Part shown: positions 9,665 through 19,095 of the stretch, one piece after another
How positions within the stretch are numbered: the first letter of the stretch is position 1
Layout of the letters: each line of letters begins with the position of its first letter
Assembly: GCA_964542025.1 (NCBI GenBank)
Contig: CAZISY010000005.1
Span: 4,786 to 68,785, forward strand
Length of the DNA: 64,000 bases
Direction of reading: 5' to 3'
DNA from: an uncultured Verrucomicrobiota bacterium
GTDB lineage: Bacteria; Verrucomicrobiota; Kiritimatiellia; RZYC01
Translations under genes and position numbers: made by a program
The notes under the pieces: generated by a model
Database searches by the model: none
Seen by the model: only the letters and a program-made list of their open reading frames with translations
Told to the model about the DNA's origin: nothing

Positions 9665-10677
9665 TGAATCGAAACACATGGATACTGGGGGTGGATATCG
9701 GCGGGACAAAAACGGCCGTTTGTTTGGGCCATCGCGACGGGACGATTCCTCATGAACTCCGGATGCCGTCCTGTCCGGAACGTGGCCCCGAGGACTGGTT
9801 GGAACGATGCCGAACGCTGATTTTCCAGTTGTTGGAAAAAGCGGGTGTGAGCCTGGATGAAATCGCTATAACGGGGATTTCAGCGCCGGGGCCACTTTCT
9901 GCGAAAGCGGGCACTCTGCTCAATGCGCCAAACATGACCGGCTGGGAAGAAGTACCGGTGGTGGACATGTTTCAACGATTCATTCCGAGTCCGATCATCA
10001 TGAACAATGATGCCAACGCCGCCGCTCTTGCGGAGTGGATGTTCGGTACCTATCGGGGCGCTGATGGGCTGATCTATCTGACGATGAGCACCGGTCTGGG
10101 GGCGGGGATTATCGCCAACGGCCGGCTCCTTCAGGGTGTTACGGATACCGCCGGTGAAGTGGGGTATCATGTGCTGGATTTGAATGGCCCGCAGTCGCCA
10201 TGCGGTCACCGCGGAAGTTTTGAGGCTTTTTGCGGCGGGAAAAACATGGCCGACCAATTGAGAGAACGGTTGGCCCGCGACCGCATATCTACGCGCATAC
10301 TGGATCATGCGGGCGGCGATTTGAGTCGAGTCGATTTTCGGTGCTTGGCGGAAGCCGTGCGCGAAAAGGATGCGTTTGCCGGTGAGGTGTGGGAGCACTA
10401 TCTGCTTAGGCTTGGACAGGGGATTGGCAATCTGATTATGATTCTTAACCCGCAGGTGATCATGCTGGGGACGATTGGTATTCATGCGGCAGATATTTTG
10501 CTCGAGCCGCTCAAAAATTTATTACCGCGGTTTGTGTTGAAACCGGCATTGGATGCCTGTGTGATTGAGCCTAGTTCTCTGGGTAGTCGAATCGGGAATC
10601 TGGCGGCGGTTGCGCTTGCGGTGGAGTCATTGGAAAAAGAAATAAACGACGGAGATGGGATTATATGGAACGCATAA
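9664..10677 (+). CDS. ROK-family sugar kinase (glucokinase/NagK-like, no HTH)
   Basis: ILGVDIGGTKTAV phosphate-1 motif, the NDANAAALAE motif, and a ROK Zn motif (CGHRGSFEAFCGG). The ATG overlaps the rSAM stop (TGATG). Confidence 0.7.
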   Translation: MNRNTWILGVDIGGTKTAVCLGHRDGTIPHELRMPSCPERGPEDWLERCRTLIFQLLEKAGVSLDEIAITGISAPGPLSAKAGTLLNAPNMTGWEEVPVVDMFQRFIPSPIIMNNDANAAALAEWMFGTYRGADGLIYLTMSTGLGAGIIANGRLLQGVTDTAGEVGYHVLDLNGPQSPCGHRGSFEAFCGGKNMADQLRERLARDRISTRILDHAGGDLSRVDFRCLAEAVREKDAFAGEVWEHYLLRLGQGIGNLIMILNPQVIMLGTIGIHAADILLEPLKNLLPRFVLKPALDACVIEPSSLGSRIGNLAAVALAVESLEKEINDGDGIIWNA

Positions 10678-11078
10678 AAAAACACTTTAAAGAACATGAC
10701 CTGTTTGCCGCGCACAACGGCATTGAACTCATTGAAATCCGGGAAGGATATGCGATGGCCCGCATGCCTGTGAAGCCCTTTCATCAGAACGGTGCAGGGA
10801 TTGTTCACGGCGCCGCGATCTTCACGCTGGGCGATCTGGCGTTTGCCGCCGCCTCCAATTCGAGGGGATCCGTGGCTGTTGGAATTAACGTGAGCATTTC
10901 CTACATGAAAGCGGCCGCGTCTGGCGTATTGTGTGCAGAAGCCGTCGAAGAAATCACCAGCAACAGGTTGGGTCAATACACCGTCCGCATTACGGAAGAG
11001 ACCGGCGGATTGATCGCCCTCATGAGCGGTATGGTGTATCGGAAAAAGGAGCCGTTGGTGGCGGATGAGGAGTCCTGA
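10665..11078 (+). CDS. PaaI/YbgC-type hotdog-fold thioesterase
   Basis: GIVHGAAIFTLGDLAFAAASNS is a hotdog thioesterase (4HBT) motif. It overlaps the ROK gene end by 13 nt. Confidence 0.7.
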   Translation: MERIKKHFKEHDLFAAHNGIELIEIREGYAMARMPVKPFHQNGAGIVHGAAIFTLGDLAFAAASNSRGSVAVGINVSISYMKAAASGVLCAEAVEEITSNRLGQYTVRITEETGGLIALMSGMVYRKKEPLVADEES

Positions 11079-11106
11079 CTCCATGCGCTGAAAACCGGCG
11101 CACGAG

Positions 11107-12036
11107 TTATTTTTCTTCTCGGAAGTAGGGGTGTCCCATTTCGGCAGGGCCCAGGCTGCCGCGTGATTTGCGGATGGATGACACCACCAGAATGAAAATG
11201 GTGACCAGATACGGCAGCATGTCGATGACGTATTGAGAAATGGGGATGTTGAATCGCTGCAATCGGAAGCCGATGATATCGAGACCGCCGAAAAGATAGG
11301 CGCCCAGAAAAACCATCCACGGATTCCATTTGCAGAAGATGACCAGCGCAATGGCGATCCATCCGCGTCCGGCGGTGATATTATCCTGCCAGGCCGGAAC
11401 GTCCACGAGTGAAAGGTAGGCCCCGCCCAGGCCGCAGAGTATGCCGCCCAGTATCACATGGATGTATTGATAGAGAGTGACCCGTATGCCGGCGGCATCG
11501 GCGGCCGCCGTATTTTCGCCCACCGCGCGCAGATGAAGTCCGCATCGGGTGTGATACAGATAAATAGAGCCGAAAATTACAGCGGCGTAGCCGCCGTAGA
11601 CCAACCGGTCGCGACAGAAAAAGACGGGGCCCAGAAAGGGAATTTCGCACAGCAACGGGAGCGGGTAGGGTTGAAAGAATTGTTTCATGTTTTCAGGGAG
11701 CGCCATCCCCACAAGGTCTTTCCCGATGAAGCTTGAAAAGCCCATGCCGAAAATGGTGAGCGCCAGGCCGGTGACCACCTGATTGGCCCGCAGGCTGATG
11801 GTCAGCAAGCCGAAGATCAGCGCCCCAAGCCCGCCGGAGAGCATGGCAGCCAGCAGCGCCAGGGATACGCTGGATGTGTGCATGCCGACCTGGAAGCCGA
11901 TCACGGCGCCCATCAGCATCATGCCTTCGAGTCCAAGATTCAATTTTCCGCTTCGCTCGACGAAAATTTCACCCAGCACCGCAAAAAGCAATGGAGTTCC
12001 CGCCACGATAGCCGCCACCAGCAGATCACTCAGCAT
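11107..12036 (-). CDS. ABC transporter permease (BMP/nucleoside-type, second permease)
   Basis: Multi-TM protein with a conserved ABC type-2 permease architecture. It lies in an operon with the ATPase and the BMP lipoprotein. Confidence 0.8.
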   Translation of the reverse strand: MLSDLLVAAIVAGTPLLFAVLGEIFVERSGKLNLGLEGMMLMGAVIGFQVGMHTSSVSLALLAAMLSGGLGALIFGLLTISLRANQVVTGLALTIFGMGFSSFIGKDLVGMALPENMKQFFQPYPLPLLCEIPFLGPVFFCRDRLVYGGYAAVIFGSIYLYHTRCGLHLRAVGENTAAADAAGIRVTLYQYIHVILGGILCGLGGAYLSLVDVPAWQDNITAGRGWIAIALVIFCKWNPWMVFLGAYLFGGLDIIGFRLQRFNIPISQYVIDMLPYLVTIFILVVSSIRKSRGSLGPAEMGHPYFREEK

Positions 12037-12057
12037 GCGTACGCTCCTTCCGGAAAA

Positions 12058-13104
12058 TCACCGTTTGAAAACCAGTTTGTAACGGATGAAAAACTCGCTG
12101 CCCAAGACAAAGAAAAGAATGATCGCCTGTAGTAGATTGGCGGCGGCCTGCGGAATGTTGTGCGCCATTTGGATATAGGTTCCGCCCTGAATCATGATGG
12201 CAAAAAGAAAGCATACGACGACCATTACCGGGGCACTCAATCCAGAGAGCCAGGCGGTGATGATGGCGGTGAATCCGACGCCGCCTGAAACATGGACCGA
12301 TAGGGTGCGGCTGACCGCCGAGGCCTCAACCATACCGGCCAGACCGCAGATGGCGCCGCTGATAGCCATGGTCAGCATGATGATTCGTCCCACCTTCATG
12401 CCGGCGTAACGGGCCGTGTTCTCGCTTTCGCCCACCACGGAAATTTCATACCCCTTCTTCGTATGCCGCATGAAAACATACATGGCCAAGGCGATAGCCA
12501 GCGCAATGATCCAGCCTATGTGTACGTTCCACACTTTAGGCAGAACCGCCACCTTGGCAAACGTGGGAATTTTTGGGAATCCCATGGCCCCCGGATCACG
12601 CCAGGGACCATATTGCAAGTAGGTGATGATATTAAAGGCCACATAATTCATCATCAGCGTAAAGATGGTCTCATTGGTTTTAAAACGGGCGCGAAAATAC
12701 GCCGGGATGATTCCCCATATGCCGCCGGCGATCATTCCCGCCACGCCCATGGTTACGAGCAGCAGCGGCCGGGGCCAGTCGGTAAAATTCAATGCAAAGA
12801 AAGTGGCGGCAATGGCCCCTACCATCAGCTGCCCCTCCGCGCCGATATTCCAGAATTTCATGCGGAACGCCGCGGCGATACCCAGCGAACAGAGGAGGAG
12901 TGGAACGGTTTTAACCACGGTTTCCGAAACCCGGTATTTGGTGCCCAGCGCGCCCTGAATCATTGCCCAATAGACCTCCAGCGGGTTCTGCTTGATGATC
13001 AGAACAAAAACCGAGGCGGTGAGAAGCGCCAGCAGAACGGCTCCCACGCGTACGGCGAACAGATACCACCCGGAACAATGGGTTCTGGTTTGCATTTGAA
13101 TCAT
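12058..13104 (-). CDS. ABC transporter permease (BMP/nucleoside-type, first permease)
   Basis: Multi-TM permease. Its likely start (MIQMQ...) overlaps the ATPase stop (ATGA). Confidence 0.8.
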   Translation of the reverse strand: MIQMQTRTHCSGWYLFAVRVGAVLLALLTASVFVLIIKQNPLEVYWAMIQGALGTKYRVSETVVKTVPLLLCSLGIAAAFRMKFWNIGAEGQLMVGAIAATFFALNFTDWPRPLLLVTMGVAGMIAGGIWGIIPAYFRARFKTNETIFTLMMNYVAFNIITYLQYGPWRDPGAMGFPKIPTFAKVAVLPKVWNVHIGWIIALAIALAMYVFMRHTKKGYEISVVGESENTARYAGMKVGRIIMLTMAISGAICGLAGMVEASAVSRTLSVHVSGGVGFTAIITAWLSGLSAPVMVVVCFLFAIMIQGGTYIQMAHNIPQAAANLLQAIILFFVLGSEFFIRYKLVFKR

Positions 13105-14654
13105 ACCCAATCCTCCCGGGCTATGGACCGCGCTCCGGACATCAGAAAGCCCAGCGCTTCCTTGTCCACTTTTTTGGGGGAAACAATACCGGCAATCTTT
13201 CCGGCGCACAGCACCATGATTCGATCGCTGAGTTCCAGAAGGACGTCGAGATCCTCTCCGAAATAAAGGATGGCAACCCCCTTGCTCTTTTGCTGATTCA
13301 GAAGCTCATAAACCACATGTGAAGAACCCACGTCTAGCCCACGCGTGGCATAAGCGGTAATGATCACATTGGGTTCGCAGGCGATTTCACGGCCCAGCAG
13401 CACTTTCTGAATATTGCCGCCGGAAAGTTTTTTTACGGCATGATGAACGCCGGGCGTTTGGATGTTCAGTGCGGTAACCATGTTTTCCGCGCGTTTTTCC
13501 GAGGGCCCCCGATGCAACAGGAAACTTTTTTGGCGGTAGTAATCTCGAAGAATGACGTTATCCACCATATCCATGTTGGCAACGAGGCCCATGCCGAGGC
13601 GATCCTCCGGAATGAAGCTCATGGAGATGCCGTGCAGGCTGATCTCGCGGGGTGAGAGCCCGGCCATTTCGCGGCCCCGGTAGAGAATGCTCCCGGTTTC
13701 CAACGGCTGCAGGCCCGTCAGGGCTTCGCATAGTTCCTTCTGACCGCTCCCGGCCACTCCGGCCACACCGAGAATTTCTCCGCCGTGCATTTCGAACCCA
13801 ACATGGTCAAGGCGGAGGACTCCTTCATTGTCCCTTACGCTCAAGTTGTCGACCTTGAAAATACCGGGATCCTTTTTGGCTTCGGGCCGCTGTATGGAAA
13901 GACTGACCGTCTTCCCGACCATCATATTGGTCAGTTCCGTGGGATTGGTTTCGGCGGTTTTCACCGTGCCTACGGTTTCGCCTTTTCGCATCACAGTGAC
14001 CCAGTCGCTGATTTCCATCACTTCATGGAGCTTATGGGTGATGATCACAATGGCGCACCCCTGTTCTTTCATGGCGCGCATGACGGCAAAAAGTTTTTGT
14101 GTTTCCTGTGGGGTCAGGACGGCGGTGGGTTCGTCCAGAATCAGGATGTCGGCGCCGCGGTAGAGTACCTTGAGAATTTCCACGGTTTGTTTTTCACTGA
14201 CCGACATGTCGTAGGCCTGTTTATCGGGATCAATGGCAAATCCATAGCGGTCCGCCAGAGCCTGTATTTTTTTGCGCAGGGCGCGTCGATTGAGGAAAAA
14301 ATGACCCTGCTGTCCAAGAATAATGTTTTCCGTGGCGGTGAGGGGATCAACCAGCTTGAAATGCTGATAGATCATCCCGATCCCCGCTTCAATGGATTGG
14401 CTGGGGGCGGTGAAATGTTTTTCTTCGCCGTGTACGAAAATTTTTCCGCTGTCCGGCGTGTAGATGCCGGAGAGAATGTTCATCAGGGTACTTTTGCCTG
14501 CGCCGTTTTCTCCAAGCAGCGCATAAATCTCGCCGCGACGCACCTCGAACGAGATATTGTGATTGGCGCGTACCTCGCCGAACGTTTTGCAGATGTCCTG
14601 CATTTTGACGTAGATATCGTTTTCGATGGCCGTTCTCCTGAATAGTTCGTTCAT
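13101..14654 (-). CDS. ABC transporter ATP-binding protein with duplicated NBDs (sugar/nucleoside type)
   Basis: Two Walker A motifs (GENGAGKST, GVAGSGQ), LSGG signature motifs and Walker B (ILILDEPT). Confidence 0.85.
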   Translation of the reverse strand: MNELFRRTAIENDIYVKMQDICKTFGEVRANHNISFEVRRGEIYALLGENGAGKSTLMNILSGIYTPDSGKIFVHGEEKHFTAPSQSIEAGIGMIYQHFKLVDPLTATENIILGQQGHFFLNRRALRKKIQALADRYGFAIDPDKQAYDMSVSEKQTVEILKVLYRGADILILDEPTAVLTPQETQKLFAVMRAMKEQGCAIVIITHKLHEVMEISDWVTVMRKGETVGTVKTAETNPTELTNMMVGKTVSLSIQRPEAKKDPGIFKVDNLSVRDNEGVLRLDHVGFEMHGGEILGVAGVAGSGQKELCEALTGLQPLETGSILYRGREMAGLSPREISLHGISMSFIPEDRLGMGLVANMDMVDNVILRDYYRQKSFLLHRGPSEKRAENMVTALNIQTPGVHHAVKKLSGGNIQKVLLGREIACEPNVIITAYATRGLDVGSSHVVYELLNQQKSKGVAILYFGEDLDVLLELSDRIMVLCAGKIAGIVSPKKVDKEALGFLMSGARSIAREDWV

Positions 14655-14730
14655 GGTTACGCGGTCCCGGTCGCCCGATGCACTCAATGTAGCACGCAAT
14701 ATAGAGAAAAGACGGGTATTAATAAACAGA

Positions 14731-14757
14731 AAAGGCGGGCTTTCGCCCGCCTTTTTA
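14731..14757 (-). terminator. Bidirectional rho-independent hairpin between the substrate-binding-protein gene and the ATPase gene (an intra-operon attenuator)
   Basis: AAAAGGCGGGC-TTTC-GCCCGCCTTTTT: a 7-bp GC stem and 4-nt loop, flanked by an A-run and a T-run. Confidence 0.5.
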
Positions 14758-14778
14758 ATTCATTCGTCCGGTTCTGAT

Positions 14779-15858
14779 TTATTTCAGCGTACCGACCACA
14801 CCTTTGACGAACCAGTTGAAGCTCAGCATTTCTTTATCGGTCATGGACGTGCCTTCCGGAACGCGGACTTTACCTTCCTGATCCTGGATGGGGCCCGCGA
14901 ACACGAAGAGCGAGCCGTCGAGTATTTTCTGTTTGGCTTCGTCCACTTTGGCCTGGGCGCCTTCGGGCGCTATGGCGGTGAGGGGAGCCAGGCGGACGAT
15001 ATCATCCTTCATGCCGCCCCAGTATGCGCTGGATTTCCAGGTTCCATCCAACACCATACGGGCCTGGGCAACGTAGTAGGGGCCCCAGTTCCAAATGGGG
15101 GAAGTCATATTGGATTTCGGCGCCATTTTGCTCATGTCGGAGTCATAACCGATGGCCCATTTGCCGCGTTCTTCGGCAGCCTGCTGCGGGCCTGCGGTAT
15201 CCTGATGCTGGGCGATCACATCGCAACCTTCATCCAGCAGCGCAATGGCAGCGGCTTTTTCCTTGGCGGGGTCATACCAGGTATGCGTCCAGCGGACAAT
15301 GACTTGGGCATCCGGGCAGATGGACTGTACGCCGAGCGTGAATGCGTTAATGCCGCGCACGACTTCCGGGATTTCAAACGCGGCCACGTAGCCGATTTTT
15401 TTGGATTCGGTTTTCATGCCCGCCACGATACCGGAGAGGTAGCGCGGTTCGTAGATGCGGCCGAAATAATTGGCCATGTTTTCCGACTGTTTATAGCCCG
15501 AGCAGTGGAGAAACTTGACCTCCGGGTAGTCCTGCGCGATTTCTTCCATGTAGTCCATGTAGCCGAAGCTGGTCGCTGCGATAATGTTGCAGCCCTGATC
15601 GATCATGTTGCGCATGATTTCCTTCACTTCAGGACCTTCGGGGCAATTTTCTTTGTAGATCGTCTTAACGCCCAATTCCTTCTCCAGGAACAGGCGACCC
15701 TTATCGTGCTCATACGTCCATCCGCCATCTCCCACGGGGCCAATGTAGATGAAGCCCATTTTCACGTCCTGCTTGTCAGCTGCCTGCGTATTCCCGGCGC
15801 TGAAGCAAAACGCCAGAATGGCCAGGGCCATCGAAAACAACGTCCATACTTTTCTCAT
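14779..15858 (-). CDS. BMP-family (basic membrane protein, Med/PnrA-like) ABC substrate-binding lipoprotein, probably for purine nucleosides
   Basis: Signal peptide plus lipobox (ILAFC), then the BMP family pattern (GFIYIGPVGDGGWTYEHD...). It is adjacent to xpt. Confidence 0.8.
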   Translation of the reverse strand: MRKVWTLFSMALAILAFCFSAGNTQAADKQDVKMGFIYIGPVGDGGWTYEHDKGRLFLEKELGVKTIYKENCPEGPEVKEIMRNMIDQGCNIIAATSFGYMDYMEEIAQDYPEVKFLHCSGYKQSENMANYFGRIYEPRYLSGIVAGMKTESKKIGYVAAFEIPEVVRGINAFTLGVQSICPDAQVIVRWTHTWYDPAKEKAAAIALLDEGCDVIAQHQDTAGPQQAAEERGKWAIGYDSDMSKMAPKSNMTSPIWNWGPYYVAQARMVLDGTWKSSAYWGGMKDDIVRLAPLTAIAPEGAQAKVDEAKQKILDGSLFVFAGPIQDQEGKVRVPEGTSMTDKEMLSFNWFVKGVVGTLK

Positions 15859-15926
15859 ACGGGTTCCTTTCTTCGTGATGCCATTAACGACGTATATCTC
15901 GTGCGATCCATTGCCTTCCGCCGCCG

Positions 15927-16499
15927 TTATTCACGGAAAACAATGGAATTGTTCTGCAGGCTGTCCACGATGGCCAGTGATTCCACGCGAACACCCCGAT
16001 CCCTTAAAAGACGTCCACCTTCCTGAAATCCCTTTTCGATGACGATCCCGATTCCCACGAGACGCGCCCCGGCCTGATCCAGCATTTCCATCAAGCCGCA
16101 CACAGCATGTCCGCCGGCCAGGAAATCATCCACGATGAGCACATGCTCGTCCCGGCCGATATACTCCGAGGAGATCACCACGTCGTGATGAGTGCCCTTG
16201 GTGAATGATTGAACTCTGGCGGTGTAACTTCCGGCCATCATTGTGGACGGCTTGGCTTTTTTGGCAAAGACCACCGGAACGCCCATAGCCAGACCCGTCA
16301 GTATGGCCACGGCAATTCCCGATGCTTCGATGGTCAGAATTTTATCGATGTGCTGCCCGGCAAAACGCTGCGCGAATTCATCCGCTGCTTTTTTCATGAG
16401 GAGGGGATCGATCTGATGATTGAGAAAACTGTCCACTTTGAGGATGTTGTCACCAATGATTTTGGCATCGCGCAATATCCGCTCTTTCATTTCTTTCAT
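15927..16499 (-). CDS. xpt: Xanthine phosphoribosyltransferase
   Basis: Near full-length match to the XPRT pattern: LKVDSFLNHQIDPLLM...ILTIEASGIA...GVPVVFAKK...VLIVDDFLAGGHA...GIGIVIEKGFQ. Confidence 0.9.
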   Translation of the reverse strand: MKEMKERILRDAKIIGDNILKVDSFLNHQIDPLLMKKAADEFAQRFAGQHIDKILTIEASGIAVAILTGLAMGVPVVFAKKAKPSTMMAGSYTARVQSFTKGTHHDVVISSEYIGRDEHVLIVDDFLAGGHAVCGLMEMLDQAGARLVGIGIVIEKGFQEGGRLLRDRGVRVESLAIVDSLQNNSIVFRE

Positions 16500-16732
16500 G
16501 AAACAATCCCGGTTAACGATTCATTGGAACTGGTTGCTGCCTCTGAGAACTGGGACAGCATAAACAAAAGCGCAGAAAGGCACAGTCTTTTTCTGAAAGT
16601 ATTGTACCAGGCGAAATCGGATGTCGCCGTTTCCAACGGTTGGAAAAACGGCCTCAAAAAGTTCCAACGATTGGGAAAACGCGTTTTTCCGTTGGGGCCG
16701 TCGGCAGACGGAGTGTGTGGGGAGGGGAAAGA

Positions 16733-16807
16733 TGGCTCCGGCGACAGGGCTCGAACCTGTAACATCCTGGTTAACAGCCAAGCGCTCTACCATTGAGCTA
16801 CGCCGGA
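16733..16807 (-). tRNA. tRNA-Asn (anticodon GTT)
   Basis: Reverse complement TCCGGCG-TA-GCTC-AATGGTA-GAGC-G-CTTGG-CTGTTAA-CCAGG-ATGTT-ACAGG-TTCGAGC-CCTGT-CGCCGGA-G-CCA folds as a 75-nt cloverleaf. The T-loop is TTCGAGC, the anticodon loop is CTGTTAA, and CCA is encoded. Confidence 0.9.
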
Positions 16808-16881
16808 ACCTTTGAATGGAAAACAGTGCGGTAACATAGAGAAGAATGCGGATAAGTCAAGCGGCATTTTGCACAAACACA

Positions 16882-17502
16882 TCAGTTTTCACCGGGGTGG
16901 GGCTGGTTGTACTTATCATAGTGCTTTTCGAGGCAGTCCGGGCACAGGCTGTGGCTGAAGTCAATGGAGAACTGCCGTTTCATATATGTTTCGATGTCCA
17001 CCCAATTTTCGTGCGCGTCCCGAATTTTTTTGCACACGGAACAGATGGGCAGCACTTCGCCGGTGTGGTTGCGCGGAGAGATCCCGGGGGAGGTTTGCGC
17101 GATGCGCTCCGCCAGGGCGAGTTGCAATTCAAGAATGCGTTTTCCGATGGCGATGCGCGCTTTCAGCTCTTCGTTGTCAAAGGGTTTGGTGATGTAATCC
17201 TGGGCGCCGCTCTGAAGTCCGCGGACCACATCCTCCATATCCGTTTTTGAGGTAACCATGATAATATAGGATGGGACGGTTTGTCCTTTTTCCTTTTCTG
17301 CAATTTGCCGGCATAGATCGAGCCCGGAAATGCCGGGCATCATCCAGTCGAGGATTAATAAGCGGGGCGCGTTCTCTTTTTGAATTTCGTTCCACGCCTC
17401 ATTACCGTCTGCGGCCTCCACGACCGTATATTCGGCACTCTGGAGAATGGTTTTCAGCATTCTCCGTGAGAACAGATTGTCTTCCGCCACTAACACTTTC
17501 AT
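16882..17502 (-). CDS. Response regulator: CheY-like receiver plus a Cys-rich (putative zinc-binding) C-terminal domain
   Basis: Receiver motifs (VLVAEDN, phospho-acceptor LILDWMMPG, VTSK). The C-terminal domain has CSVCKK...CPDC Cys pairs. Confidence 0.75.
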   Translation of the reverse strand: MKVLVAEDNLFSRRMLKTILQSAEYTVVEAADGNEAWNEIQKENAPRLLILDWMMPGISGLDLCRQIAEKEKGQTVPSYIIMVTSKTDMEDVVRGLQSGAQDYITKPFDNEELKARIAIGKRILELQLALAERIAQTSPGISPRNHTGEVLPICSVCKKIRDAHENWVDIETYMKRQFSIDFSHSLCPDCLEKHYDKYNQPHPGEN

Positions 17503-17591
17503 GAATAAGCACCCCGCCCCGAAAAACCTGTCACGTTATGAAAGCGGAGATGCTAATTATCTCTTATTTGCATGTAAAGCTCTATTCGTAA

Positions 17592-17620
17592 ATTGACTTT
17601 GTCCCGGTGTTTTTCTATTT
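17592..17620 (+). promoter_or_regulatory. Sigma-70-like promoter for ugd (TTGACT-17 nt-TATTTT)
   Basis: -35 TTGACT and -10 TATTTT with a 17-nt spacer, about 35 nt upstream of the ATG at 17654. Confidence 0.35.
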
Positions 17621-17653
17621 TGCACACTTTAATCAAACGAAGGGATAAGCTGC

Positions 17654-18958
17654 ATGAAAATTACGGTTGTGGGCACTGGATATGTGGGTCTGGTCACGGG
17701 CGCCTGCTTTTCAGAGGTGGGGCATGAGGTGTTGTGTGTAGACAACAATGAGAAGAAAGTGGCCATGCTGAACCGTCTGGAAATGCCGATCTATGAGGAC
17801 GGTCTTGAGCCGATGGTGCGTAAAAATGTGGCGTCAGGACGTTTGCGTTTTACCAGCAGCATTAAGGAAGGCACCGATTTCGCCGAAGTGATCTTTGTGG
17901 CTGTGGGAACTCCGCCGGGGCGCAGCGGCGAGGCCAATCTTTCCTACGTGGAACAGGTCGGGCGGGAAGTGGCTCAGCACATGACCTCCTATCGGCTGCT
18001 GGTGGAAAAAAGTACCGTACCGGTGAATACCAGCGAACAGCTGAAGCGGACCATGACGAAATATTTGCGGGCAGATGTGAATTTTGACGTGGCTTCGAAT
18101 CCCGAATTTCTGCGGGAAGGCCGCGCGATTCCCGATGCGTTGAATCCTTCCCGCATTGTGGTTGGGGTGGAATCCAAGAGGGCCTCGAAGCTGCTGCAGG
18201 GCATCTATCAGCCCATTACGGAGCGCAGCGGCTGCAAGCTGCTGGAAATGGATATCGCCAGTGCCGAGCTGACGAAGCATGCGTCCAACTCATTTCTGGC
18301 CATGAAAATTTCCTACATCAATGCCGTCAGCCGTATTTGCGAGCTCACCGGCGCCAACGTGGAAAAGGTGGCGGAAGGCATGGGGCTGGATTCCCGGATT
18401 GGTCCGGAATTTCTGAAGGCCGGCGTGGGGTACGGTGGTTCGTGCTTCCCGAAAGATGTGGATGCGTTTGTGCATATTTCCGAAAAGCTGGGCTACAGTT
18501 TTGACCTGCTGAAGGATGTGCAGCGCATCAATCGCGAGCAGCGGGAACACGTTTTCTCGAAGATCAAAAAGGAACTGTGGGTCATTGAGAACAAAGACAT
18601 TGCCATTCTTGGTATTGCGTTCAAACCCGGCACGGATGATTACCGCGAAGCGCCGGCGCTCTATTTTGTGAACGAGTTGGAAGAACACGGCGCCCGCCTG
18701 AAACTCTGGGACCCGATTGCGGCGCCTCATTTCAAAAAAGAATTTCCGCAGCACACCTATTGTGAAAACCTGATGGACTGTATTCAGGGCACCGATTTGG
18801 TCCTGGTGTTGACGGAGTGGCAGGAAATCAAACAGCTGAACATTCAGGATGTTAAATCAGCCATGAAAAGTCCGGTGGTGATTGATGCCCGAAATGTGTT
18901 CGATCCGGAAGTCCTTCGCGCCGCCGGATTCGTTTATCATTCCGTGGGGCGCCAATAA
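17654..18958 (+). CDS. ugd: UDP-glucose 6-dehydrogenase (UDP-glucose/GDP-mannose dehydrogenase family)
   Basis: N-terminal Rossmann motif MKITVVGTGYVGLV and the catalytic GGSCFPKD motif. Confidence 0.85.
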   Translation: MKITVVGTGYVGLVTGACFSEVGHEVLCVDNNEKKVAMLNRLEMPIYEDGLEPMVRKNVASGRLRFTSSIKEGTDFAEVIFVAVGTPPGRSGEANLSYVEQVGREVAQHMTSYRLLVEKSTVPVNTSEQLKRTMTKYLRADVNFDVASNPEFLREGRAIPDALNPSRIVVGVESKRASKLLQGIYQPITERSGCKLLEMDIASAELTKHASNSFLAMKISYINAVSRICELTGANVEKVAEGMGLDSRIGPEFLKAGVGYGGSCFPKDVDAFVHISEKLGYSFDLLKDVQRINREQREHVFSKIKKELWVIENKDIAILGIAFKPGTDDYREAPALYFVNELEEHGARLKLWDPIAAPHFKKEFPQHTYCENLMDCIQGTDLVLVLTEWQEIKQLNIQDVKSAMKSPVVIDARNVFDPEVLRAAGFVYHSVGRQ

Positions 18959-19095
18959 CGGAACGCGGGCGCAGGGTCCCATCCATCCTGAGTAGCTGGC
19001 TGCACAGAAATTAAAAAGGTGATGCGGACGTACCGAATTCCCGGCACGGAGCCGGAGCCGGCCGGGACGTTTGGCAGGAGCCGAAGGAGGAGACC

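Noticed and set aside
10482-11351. 289 aa minus-strand ORF
   Set aside because: It is antisense to the ROK kinase 3' end and the PaaI thioesterase. It has no motifs, and the plus-strand genes are tightly coupled.
13785-16026. Two long plus-strand ORFs (286 aa and 466 aa)
   Set aside because: They are antisense to the ABC ATPase and the BMP lipoprotein genes, with no domain signatures.
16621-16815. 64 aa ORF
   Set aside because: It is a translation across the tRNA-Asn gene (the tRNA is on the opposite strand).
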